From: Squalus acanthias
Lineage: Eukaryota
Assembly: GCA_030390025.1 (NCBI GenBank)
Contig: CM059430.1
Coordinates: forward strand, 12,524,001 to 12,588,000
Direction of reading: 5' to 3'
DNA length: 64,000 nucleotides
Shown here: one piece after another, positions 24,858 through 36,318 of the stretch
Numbering within the stretch: the first letter of the stretch is position 1
Layout of the letters: each line of letters opens with the position of its first letter
Made by a program: the position numbers and the translations under genes
The notes under the pieces: generated by a model
Seen by the model: the letters and a program-made list of their open reading frames with translations, nothing else
Told to the model about the DNA's origin: nothing
The model's database searches: none

Positions 24858-26728
24858 GTAAGATGGCACAGAATGACTGCCATCTTTGCCTACACAACAG
24901 TCACTGCACTTCATTGTTTGAAGCGCTTTGAGACTTTTTTGCTGACGTGATTAAGCAGCTACAGAGATTTCCTTTATTACTCTCCCACCATGGCCACAAA
25001 CCTCTCCACCAAGCCTATCTATGGTTACATTCCACGCCTTGGCTCAGCGTGCACAACAAGAGCAAGGTTTCCAGCTCAATTTGAAACGTGACGTTGAACA
25101 AAAAAAAACAATGTTTGCTGGGGTGGCAGAAATTTCCACAGAGGACCACTATATTTCTCAGATCTCCTTGCCTAATTAAGCCGTGTATTATTATTTTTTT
25201 TGTTAAAGAAAAGCACTGCGTCTTCACAGGGCGAGAATTTACTTTTAGTCTTCGATTCAGGACCTTGAAGTAGAACTAATAAAGGTAGATGGTTATAGCT
25301 ATTTTGCTTAATAAATTTTGAAAGCTTTGCGGAAGGTGAGGTGAAGGGGGGGGGGGGGGCGGTGAAAGAATAAAGTCAAATATATTGGCTCCTTCTGCAT
25401 TGGAGCAGGGCCCCGGTAATGATCTCATAGATGAATAACTAATGTGCCAAATCGGAAAACATTCCACAGACCCAGGCGTCTCAGGCAGGATTCCAAAATA
25501 CGGCTCTCCACAGATAAGCTGCAAGCTGCACGATCAGCCTTCCGAGGTGTATTGTTTCGAGAGACAGAAACTGCCCAGCAGATGGCAGGTATAACAAAGC
25601 AGCTTGCTATGGCCAAAGCAATTATTTATCTAATTATGATTTACCACTTAACCACATGATCTTTGTGGAGTTGTGGGCAATTAAAATCAGTGTGATTATG
25701 TGGATTATGCAAATTGGGCAGAGCAGAGCAATTAAATTTGAGAGCACACACGCGAGCTGTCAGCGAGCGGGTCACAGAACCCGGGGGCCCCTGCGCTCGC
25801 ACAGGAGAGCCCTGGGATGGCTGACCTGCTGTAGTGCGCTACTAGCAGGGACATCAATTATCATCCCTTCATCCTGATCCCCGCTCGGCTGTCAAGCCTT
25901 TCAGTGGTGCCGCAGGGGAGTGCATCCAGAGTGATAAGGGAAGGCGGGGGGATAAAGAACAAGAGCTGTCTGCACAACGGAACGATCGAGCGAGAGAGGG
26001 AGAGAGAGAGAGAGAGAGAGAGAAAGCCACAAAGCCATGAAACGCACATAGCGCAAATCAACCGAAGACGTTAAAAGGCCCTTCAGAGATCAACCTGTGT
26101 GTCTCTTGTAATCTCCCCATTGATTATTTGTTGTGGGGGGGGTGGTTGTCTGACCTGATACATAACAGGCTCAATATAAATCATTCTAAGTGTGTGCTGC
26201 AGCCATTTGCTTGACTGTGGGATTATCTGATAATGTAACCTTCGCTGCCATGATCACTTAAAAACCAAATCTACACAGAACCTGCTGCAGTTGATTTGCT
26301 TTCCACTCACTTTTTTTTTTTAAAAAGGAAGTCTTCTGGATTTGTTTTTCTGCATTTGTTTTTTTGACAATTCACCCAGAACCAGTCCCAGAGATTCTTA
26401 AAATACTCCCTCAATTCCTAAATCTCGAAGGGGGGGGGGTCCAATTTTTTATAGCGCAAAGGTGTTTTATAGATCGTTTTAATAAATGGGAAATTTTCGT
26501 CTGGCCCTTATTTGCGTTCCGCAGTGACAATCGTATCATCGCAAACGTTTGTCACATTTGCAGCAAGGGTCAAAGGTTGCCAGGTGCGAAGTTCAAGCTT
26601 ACTCTCAGGAACATTTTAGCTTCACAACAATGACCTGATTTACAGCACTCACTGTAACGTTACACATGTTTTTTTTTGGGGGGAGAACAGAAGAGGGGGG
26701 GGGGATGGAGAAAATGAGTTGGACACCG

Positions 26729-27030
26729 ACCTTTCACCTTTGGGGACCTGCTGTGCAAACTGAGCCCAGACTGACAGGATGCTGGCTGCAAAGGCTCCCA
26801 TGTGAGCAGTCTTAATCCAGTTCCTGGTGGGCACAGACCTACAGCGCAAAAACTGTCCCTAATTCCGCACTAATTGGCAATCAAACGCAGCGAGGCTGCC
26901 GGAGCGGCTGGTATGTAATATGGCACAAATGTCATACTTTCCGAGATTGGGGCGGAAGCAGGTTGTTGGAGCAGAGTGGAGAGAACTTTACCTCTGTATC
27001 TAGCTTGCAGAGCATACTTGTCCTGGGAGT
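26729..27030 (+). mobile_element. Old SINE resembling LF-SINE
   Basis: CCTTTCACCT...GCCCAGACTG...TCCAGTTCCTGGTGG...GCACTAATTGGCA echoes the LF-SINE consensus as recalled. Related copies at about 61390 and 61570-61870. Confidence 0.45.
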
Positions 27031-27092
27031 GCTCTGCGTTTCTGAAATGGGAAGTGTTGCAATTTCCAGCACAAACACCCCTCACCTTGATA

Positions 27093-27408
27093 AGCATTCT
27101 TCGGCAGCACCTCCCAAACCCGCTACCTCTACCACCTAGAAGGACAAGGGCAGCAGGCGCATGGGAACACCGCCACCTCCAAGTCACACACCATCCTGAC
27201 TTGGAAATATATCGGCCACTCCTTCATCGTCACTGGGTCAAAATCCTGGGACTCCCTCCCTAACAGCACCTGTGGGAGCACCTTCACCACAGGGTTTGCA
27301 GCGGTTCAAGGCGGCGGCTCACCACCACCTTCTCAAGGGCAATCAGGGATGGGCAATAAATGCTGGCCTTGCCAGCGACGCCCACATCCCAGGAACGAAT
27401 AAAAAAAA
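27093..27408 (+). mobile_element. CR1-group LINE (second family) 3' fragment
   Basis: LRQHLPNPLPLPPRRTRAAGAWEH..., ending CCCAGGAACGAATAAAAAAAA. Confidence 0.8.
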
Positions 27409-30399
27409 AGTTTACAAAAAATGTTTCAAAAGATAGGAGCGCTCCTGGGTAGCTCAGCAACTTTATCCAGTCAGCAAGCAAGCTGGAAGGTCCCACGTTC
27501 TACCCCCTGATCTATAAGGAGTTAAGCTGATCTATGTCGTAGAGGCACTACAGTTGGTCTCAAGGCTTAGGGAGGGGGAAAAACAATCACACTTCTATTG
27601 TTATCCATCCTGAAAATGTGCATGTGAGGTCAAGATTGATGTGATGCATCCTATGGTCAAAGAGCCTTCTTGATATTCACTGTTCAACATGAATAATAGG
27701 ACACGTTATCCTAGCCTTCAGGAGTGGAAATCTTGATTTTGTAACACGTGTGAACTTAATTTACGGAGGCTAAACTCTAATTTCCTCCCACCATCACTTC
27801 CCACATTCAACTGGTCTCCATCAGCCTATGCACCAACCCAACTGTTCCCAGTTGTCAGATAATCCTGAACGGGTCATTATGGGGTGCTGAAGCTGTAGCG
27901 ACAAATGTGCACAGTGTTCCTGAGCTAGGGAGGGGAGTTCAACCAAATGTTCTCACTCCTGTTCTCCATCCAGTGCCCCTGCATCAACCGAGGGCAAGCT
28001 TGGGCTTGACTGTAATGCTCTCCACAGCCAAATAGCCTATTGACACTGTCTAGGCACTTACTTGGCTATTTGATTGAGGTAGTGGTGCCCCATGGAACTG
28101 TAGACCAGCAGGAGTCTGTGTCAGGAGGAGGAGGAAATGGGGGTGGGGGGGGAGATTATGAATGTCACACAATGAGAGAAAAAGGTGAAATATTCCTTTC
28201 ATAATTTAGTATTTGAGCTGGAACATTTATACGGGAAATAAAACCCATCATTTATTGAAATAAACAGCTGAGGTAGCAAAAGGGGTTGGGCTGGGGGGGA
28301 AGGGGGAAGAAAACTTCCTTCACTAAACAAGTACAAATGACTAAATAATAAGCTCGGACAATGGAGATAATGAAGTATTCATATTATTGATTGTTCCGGT
28401 GACTTGTGCTTCTCATTGTCAGCACGAAGTGTGTTTATTGTGCCATTTCACCCAGCCGACTCCTTTCCCTATTTTAAAATGATAAAGCCACAAGCGCCGA
28501 CTCAATCAATTCAGGCTTAATGTGCTTCGCGAGCCTGCAGATGGTACCAGTGGGCCAGCCGGGTTTATCTGGGGGTACGAAATGAACGCTGGCAAGGCTG
28601 CAGATTTGCTGCATGTATTTTGATTTTGCTAATAATCAGGCCATCTGCTAGCAATCGATGGCCCGCACTGCTCCCGCCGGCAGGCATCCGGCAAGATGTC
28701 GCCTGGATCTCAAACGGATCAGTCTGAACCCATCTCCCGCTGCCAAGCTCGAAACCCTTTCCAAAACCTCGCAGTCTCCCTCCCTCTTTCTCCCCTGTTA
28801 AAAATCTCGGTTCTTCCTAATTAATTCATTTGCTCAGAAATTTAGCTTAAAAAATCAGAAGATGGAGGGGGAGGGAGAGGGGGACACGAACAGGAGGCTG
28901 GAAAACAGAAGCCAGTCAGAACAGTTTTTGGATGATGAATATTAAGTCAAAACACAGGGCACAGATGTGGCACACATTACCACTAAATGAATACTGCATA
29001 CAGCAGTTAAGGCATCCGTACTCATTCATTAAACGCCATTATTGTAAGGGTAAGCGTTTTGCACATCAAGTACAAGCTTTCAAGATCCCAGAAGCTTCAA
29101 CTTCAGATGGCAAAATGGAGAAGGGGGAAGAAAGGCTTTGTGGCAGAGATGAATGGCCCTCGATTGACGCCAGAACGAGGACGATGCGCTCCTCTAGAGA
29201 GTCGGGCCAGTTGGGCCCTAGTCTACCGACTGCATCCAATCGCTGATTGTCAAGAGAAAAGTTCACCTAATGCCAATGTGGTGTGTACCTGCACTCGGTG
29301 CAAAGAGTGGAGAGGCTGCGCTGCATGGTGCTAAAGGCCCAAAGGAGAAATAGACTCTCAATTCCTGTTTTGAAAGCCAAAAACCAACACAAAAAACAGA
29401 CCGTTGAGCTGATTCCTGGGCCTAGCTGTTGATGTGTGTCCAATGCTGCACTGATAACTGTGGTTCTGAGGCAGCTGCTATGTGGTCATGGCAGTCGCAT
29501 TGCCAATGGGTAGTATCAGAGCCAGTTCTTAGTGGACACAGTAGAGGATTGGTGGGGGGAGGGATGCTTGAGCTGTACAGCAAAGGACCCCTTAGTTTTC
29601 CCTTCCCATCCCCCAGGAAGCATGGCTGCAACAGGCAACACTCAACCCTGGAAGGGTGGGTGGGGATAGTGATGGGAGTTCAGAAGCATTAGTCAGGGGA
29701 ACGGGATTCCAACATGCCCTGCAGTCAGAAATTCAACGCTGTGGTCGTGCAGTCAGTGGGTTAGTCCCACAGATTACTCATGTTCAATTATTTATTGCAC
29801 TGCAGACAGCCAGTGCCCCCTTCTTGGCCAATGGCGTCACCAGCAAACCACCAGAGGCGAGTTGCGGTACGGCACATCATTACTGGATTAGAGAGTCAAA
29901 AACAAAAAATCTGGATTTGCTTTGCCTCCGACTGACAACAAAGGCTTCAGTTCCAGGACATAAATCATATTCAGATGAGGGTGTTTCTTATTCTGCGCGA
30001 AGGTGCCGTGATCTGTTTAAAATGTTGCCTATGGTAATCTTCTGCCTTCAGTGCAGATTATTAAAATTCACTGTATATTTAATCTGCTCGTCTGAATTAA
30101 TTGAATTTTTAGACTCGGTAATTGTCAGTATTTGCACTACTCCAATCATGAGCTCATGACAATTTAATGACAAAACAGAGGACCAACCACAGAGCCGTCA
30201 TAACCTGAATCAATTATGTATCATGGGTAAAATATTACACCACCATAGGCAAGGAAAAGAACTCCATTAAGAAAAAAGGTCTGATTTTTCTGCTGGTTCT
30301 CATTGGCGCCGGTTAACTTCATATTCTTTAGAGGAAGATTGGGAGGTAGGTGCTTGTGTCTTGTACTAAAACTCCACCAGTGCTCCGCCATTAACCCAT

Positions 30400-30852
30400 C
30401 TACAACTCCGCCGCCTACATCTTATTTATCCCATATTCCTGTGCACCCATCACCCCTGTCCTCCAATGGCTCCCCACTCCCAGTGCATTGATTTACAAAT
30501 CATTGTCCTCCTTCCCAAAGACCTCCATGGCCTCTCCCCATGCTATCTCTGTAGGCTCCTCCATCTCTGCGCCGTAGCTTACACCCATCGCTGGCCAACT
30601 GTGCCTCACTCTCTGCCTCTGCTCCACCATCAGTAACAGGGCCTTCAGCCATCACAGGCCTTGGCACTCGGGGATGCACTTCTTAAATCCTCCCACCTGG
30701 TTCCATCTCTCCCCGTCTTCAACCCATCTCTTCAAACATGGCTTCAACACCTCACCTAACTATTCTCTCAGCTTCTGTTTGGTGTCCATTCCCCTCGCCA
30801 TTGCGAAGTGTCTTGAGATTTTTTGCTACAATGAAGGTGCTTACATATATAT
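30400..30852 (+). mobile_element. Degraded L2 LINE 3' fragment
   Basis: CCCATCACCCTGTCCTC..ATGGCTCCC..GATTTACAAAT..GGCCTTCAGC motifs and an L2-type tail GAAGTGTCTTGAGATTTTTTGCTACAATGAAGGTGCT. Confidence 0.65.
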
Positions 30853-30865
30853 TAACTGTTCTCGA

Positions 30866-31132
30866 TTAGAATCATAGAATGGTTACAGCACAGAAAGAGG
30901 CCATTCGGCCCGTCGAGTCCGTGCCGGCTCTATGCAAGAGCACTTCAGCTAGTCCCACTTTCCCCGTAGCCCTGCAATTTGTTTTCCTTCAGGTACTTAT
31001 CCAATTCCCTTTTGAAAGCCACGATTGAATCTGCCTCCACCACCCTTTCAGGCAGTGCATTCCAGATCCTAACCACTCACTGTGTAAAAAAGTTTTTCCT
31101 CATGTCACCTTTGGTTCTTTTGCCAATCACCT
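30866..31132 (-). mobile_element. CR1 LINE 3' fragment
   Basis: Nearly identical to 1953-2220. Confidence 0.9.
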
Positions 31133-31388
31133 TTTTAAACAATACCATCGGGTGGATGTTAACTTTCAGTGGTGGCAGAAAACTGACGGTAGTGGATCTG
31201 CTGCCCATTATAGAAACCACCCGATTTCAATCGAAGGGGACGATTATCCCCCCATTTTGGCAGTTCTTCCAAATGCACAGCTGCTAAGTCCCGGACATAT
31301 GTGGTATTAAGCCATATATAGAGCAGCTCGGCTCCCGGGTTTGATCCCTGCTCTGTAGCTGCTCAGAGCCAGAGTGGCACAGCAAGTA

Positions 31389-31710
31389 AACATAGAAGAT
31401 AGGAGCAGGAGTAGGCCATTCGGCCCCTCGAGCCTGCTCCGCCATTTAATGAGATCATGGCTGATCATCCAAATTCAATACCCTGTCCCTGCTTTCTCCC
31501 CATATCCCTTGATCCCTTTAGCCTTAAGAAATATATCTAACTCCTTCTTGAATATATTTAATGAATTGGCCTCAACTGCCTTGTGTGGTAGAGAATTCCA
31601 CAGGTTCACCACTCTCTGGGTGAAGAAATTCCTCCTCATCTCAGTCCTAAATGGCTTACCCCTTATCCTTAGACTCTGACCCCTGGTTCTGGACTCCCCC
31701 GCCATCGGGG
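31389..31710 (-). mobile_element. CR1 LINE 3' fragment (second subfamily)
   Basis: GESRTRGQSLRIRGKPFRTEMRRNFFTQRVVNLWNSLP. Confidence 0.9.
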
Positions 31711-32143
31711 GAGCTGCAACATCCCTGGGGTAGGGAATAGTAAAGTCAGCTACCGTTCTCGCTCCTGATCACTGTCTAGCAACTCCTCCCGAGAAGTGCA
31801 ACATGTAGACTTTGTGTAAGGGCAAGATCAAGGTCAGCTGTAATGTCCTTCACACACTCATTGCCTGTAGACACTCAATGCAGAGACTCATGCATGAAGA
31901 AGGGATCATTGGACAACCTACTGGAGAATGATTGGCATGAGTCAGCAACTTCAGAGAGAAGAGAAAAACTGGATGGATGGAAGGCTATCAAAGGCTTAAA
32001 TGACCAGGCAGTTATGACCATTTAACTTTATTGATCTATATTTTGTTACAGTCAAGTATAGCTCAGCCATAGCACCTACACAATGGGGTTTAAATTATAA
32101 GGGGTTCTCTTTCTTCTGGTTATCTTTCCCACTCTCAAACAAA

Positions 32144-32768
32144 GCACTGGGGTTCATTTCGAGAGGAATGGAATTGAAAAGCAGAGAGGTTATGGAAAAC
32201 TTATATAGAACCCTGGTTAGGTCACACTTAGAGTACTGTGCACAGTTCTGGTCTCCATATTACAAAAAGGATATAGAGGCACTGGAAAAGGTGCAAAAAA
32301 GATTTACTGGAATGATACCAGAACTGAGAGGTTATACCTATCGGGGAACACTGAACAGGCTGGGGCGCCATTCTCCTGAAAAGAGAAGGCCGAGGGGTGA
32401 TCTAATAGCGGTCTTTAAGATTATGGAGGGGTTCAATAGGGGAGATGTAGAGAGGATGTTTCCACTTGCTAGGGACCATAAATATAAGATAGTCACTAAT
32501 AAATCCAATAAGGAATTCAGGAGAAACTTCATTACCCAGAGAGTGGCTGGAATGTGGAACTCACCACCACAGGGAGTGGTTGAGGTGAAAAGAATAGATG
32601 CATTTGAGAGCAAGCTGGATAAGCACACGAGGGAAAAAAGAAATCGATGCATATGTTGATCGGGTGAGATGAAGTAGGGTGGGAGGAGGCTGGTGTATAG
32701 CATAAACACCAGCACAGACCAGTTGGGCCGAATGGCCTGTTTCTGTGCTGTAAATTCGATGTAATTCA
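32144..32768 (+). mobile_element. CR1 LINE 3' fragment
   Basis: LYRTLVRSHLEYCAQFWSPYYKKDIEALEKVQKRFT...RRNFITQRVAGMWNSPP, followed by the CR1 3' UTR. Confidence 0.92.
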
Positions 32769-34117
32769 TTGACGACACCCATACTATCCTTCTCAATTAG
32801 GAGGGTAGAACTGTTAAGCTTACAGAGCAATGGATGCAGTGAGTGTTGGAGGGAAGTGCTGAGAGAAGACGTCCTTCCCTTTATGTGTCCCTTCCTCTGA
32901 AAGGGCAATGTGAATACCATTCAAGACCAACTTTCAAAATGAACCTCTGAGCAGAAAACCCAAAGCTCTAAGTGCATTGGCCATTGACTGCCATTGCAGC
33001 CCAATCAATAGCCTTCCAACAAAATGGGCCTACACCTCCAGAAGCCACTTTGGCTCCATTAATACCTACAGCAACCTTCACAGGCAATTTAATCTCCAAC
33101 TTCCCTCAAAGAAAAATTGCTTCCTAAATAATTTTAGCAGACATATTTAAAAATACCTCAAATTCCTGACAAATCAATGGGACGAAAGCATACTCACCGT
33201 CAACCCTGGCTTTCCTCGCGCTCTCTTCACGGTTTTGATCTACGTTCAATGCAAAGTAAAGGGGATCTACACGGAAAACACAAAGGCTCATCTCACCAAC
33301 ATTCTGCACAGCGCTCAGACGGAACGGCACAGGCAAAAACCATCACCACTCCTCTCAAATTGAGCTTAAGTTAACCGATTGCACAGCGAGCAGGTACAAA
33401 GGAGGTTGTGTGCCTTCGCATGCAGAGGGGGTCGATCTGCTAATAAAAGTTTTAACAGGCGCATACCACTAGTTCATAAAAAGCATCAGGCTAGCAAAAC
33501 AACATAGTACCATAAATGTTTAAAGTGCAGTAAGTAACAGCTCCCTGTCAAAGCTTTCCAGGCAGCACACAGTGTGTGAGGTTAATAAACACTTTGGGCT
33601 GACTAGACTTATCAGTTTTAGGGACATATGTTGCTGCTGTTATCGGTGTCATTACACAGCAGTAAAGTGTAAAAATTGATTACAATGGCATTTATCCCTG
33701 TCCATTGACAGATGCTAGGAAGCCCAGGGAAGGGACAGTAAACATCTGGTCAGCCTGCCTGCTGCACAGGTGTTGAGCAAACAATTCAAGAGTCCCGCCC
33801 TGCCTCCTGCAGCCGTGCCCTGCGAGATTACTTCAATGTTTTAACCCCGTCAATAGAGACGCCCAATCTCGGCCTTTGAAGGATTCCAATCCTGTTCAAC
33901 GTCCATTTTCTTCAAACGGATGATGAAAGGCAGGAATCGCACTTAGCACCAATAGTTACTGACAAGCTCGCACCATGCCAATTTGCAATAAGACATTTTT
34001 TTTTTTTAAAAAGCCTCGGATTCAATTTACGGACCAACCACTCAGGCAATTGGCGCTTGGGACTAACAAAAGTACATGAGACGTATGGTGGTGTTCATTA
34101 GGGGAGGAATGTTGCCA

Positions 34118-34640
34118 GAACATAAGACGTAGGAGCAGGAGTAGATCATTTGGCTCCTCGAGCCTGCTCCACCATTCAATAAGATCATGGCTGATCTGAT
34201 CTTGGCCTCAACTCCACTTCCCTGCCCGCTCCCCATAACCCTCGACTCCCTTACCTTTCAAAAATCTGTCTATCTCCACCTTAAATATATTCAATGACCC
34301 AGCCTCCACAGCTCTCTGGGGAAGAGAATTCCAAAGATTCACGACCCTCAGAGAAGAAATTCCTCCTCATTTCCGATTTAAATGGGTGCCCCCTTATTCT
34401 GAAATTATGCCCCCTAGTTCTAGATTCCCCCACGAGGGGAAACATCCTCTCTGCATCCACCCTGTCGAGCCCCTTCAGAATCTTATATGTTTCAATAAGA
34501 TCCCCTCTCATTCTTCTAAACTCCAATGAGTATAGGCCCAACTTGCTCAACTTTTCTTCATAAGACAACCCCTTCATCTCCGGAATCAACCTCGTGAACT
34601 TTCTCTGAACTGCCTCCAATGCAAGTATATCCTTCCTCAA
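34118..34640 (-). mobile_element. CR1 LINE 3' fragment
   Basis: KDILALEAVQRKFTRLIPEMKGLSYEEKLSKLGLYSLEFRRMRGDLIETYKI. Confidence 0.92.
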
Positions 34641-35517
34641 ATTCTATTCCAAACCTTGGCCTTTTAGACAAAACCGTAAGGTTCCATAAACCACCACCAC
34701 CCCACCACCCCCACCCCGCCACCCCCAAGACATCTCAAGTTGCAATGAGCCTCCAGATACATCATTCACAAGAGAACTGTTGCAAAGATTTCCACCTTTA
34801 TGATACTTCCCTCCGACAAAACACGCTGACCCCGCTAACTTGGTCTTCCGACCTTCCTTTTGAGCTCCTTGTAAGCACATTTTTTTTTGCACAGAGATTT
34901 TTTTTTCTTCTGATCCTCTCCTGCGAAAGGTTTCACGCCTTGGCAGGTTGGCTGCTAGTACCTTGCCCAACTAACCATTCTTCAAGTGTGAGCCAGGCAA
35001 GAGCAAACAAGCTCCTCGAAACAGGTGCACATTTACATCTTGCACCCGTCAGACTCGCAGCAGAAACCCACATTTTAATTGGGCTGTGGATTATTCTTGG
35101 CTGCCAAGACGGTGCCATTACACTGCACGGAAAAGAATAAATTGAGCAAATGTTTATCGTATTAATCATAGTGGAACGGCTAGAGATGAACGATGCACAC
35201 ATTGGCTACCCTGGCAGATTTAGGTCTGAAAACACGTGAGAGTAACTCTTGCAGCGATGGGATGGCACTCGATGTACCCGAGAGATCATTAAAAGGAAGC
35301 ATTTCCACCAGTAACTCACAAGATAAGTGGAAGATATTATGTCTGGGTGGGGTTGAACTACGAGGCTTGTATTCAACTGTTAGTCCATCCTTGAACGTTG
35401 ACCATCCTAGTTACAAGTATCTTTCTTTTCTAAACAAATATGCCCCTCTTATTGCCTTGCCAGTTGCCTATTTTCCCCCCAGTGCTCTGAATAGCTGGCA
35501 TGGTCACTATAGGTAGC

Positions 35518-35745
35518 CATGATGCGGAGCGGTGTTGGACTGGGGTGGACAAAATTGAGAGGTCGCACAACACCAGGTTATAGTCCAACAGTTTTATTTG
35601 AAATCACAAGCTTTCGGAGCTATCGATCGCCCCCTCCTCAGGTGAAGTAGCTCCTTCACCTGAGGAAGGGGCGATCGATAGCTCCGAAAGCTTGTGATTT
35701 CAAATAAAACTGTTGGACTATAACCTGGTGTTGTGCGACCTCTCA
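35518..35745. mobile_element. Palindromic Penelope-like mini-element with two opposed hammerhead motifs (family B)
   Basis: 93-bp inverted arms (35555-35647 and 35654-35746, one mismatch), a 37-nt unpaired left extension and a 12-bp TSD ACTATAGGTAGC (35506-35517 and 35746-35757). Hammerhead core CTGAGGA...GAAAGCTT at 35660-35693. Confidence 0.8.
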
Positions 35746-35996
35746 ACTATAGGTAGCACCATGGGCATGAGGCTGCAATCCAACACTCTGTGGTGTGGTC
35801 TATTCCAACGCTCTATGGCAGGGCTATCCAAGCTTTTCTCTTCCCTGGTTGCATACACGCATACGATGGAGTCTCGGGGGCCACATATAAAGTTTAAATC
35901 CATATTCCCAATCAAGCAGCGTACATGTCAAGTTGCTCAAGCAATCAGATCTTGGGATTTAGGCTTTATTCACCAAATGAGGCAACTGTGCTATAT

Positions 35997-36318
35997 CCGT
36001 CTTTCGGATGAGACGTTAAACTGAGGGTCCATCTGCTCTCTCAGGTGGACGTAAAAGATTCCACGGTACTATTTCGAAGAGGAGCAGGGGAGCTCTCCCC
36101 AGTGTCCTGGCCAATATTTATCCCTCAATCAACATCACTAAAAAAAGATTATCTGCTCATTATCACATTGCTGTTTGTGGGAGCTTGCTGTGTTCAAATT
36201 GGCTGCCGCGTTTCCTGCATTACAACAGTGACTACACTTCATTGGCTGTAAAGCGCTTTGGGACATCCTGAGGTTGTGAAAGGCGCTATATAAATGCAAG
36301 TCTTTCTTCTCTCTTTCT
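35997..36318 (+). mobile_element. 5'-truncated Deu-domain SINE
   Basis: Runs from CCGTCTTTCGGATGAGACGTTAAA through the tail AAATGCAAGTCTTTC. Confidence 0.85.
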
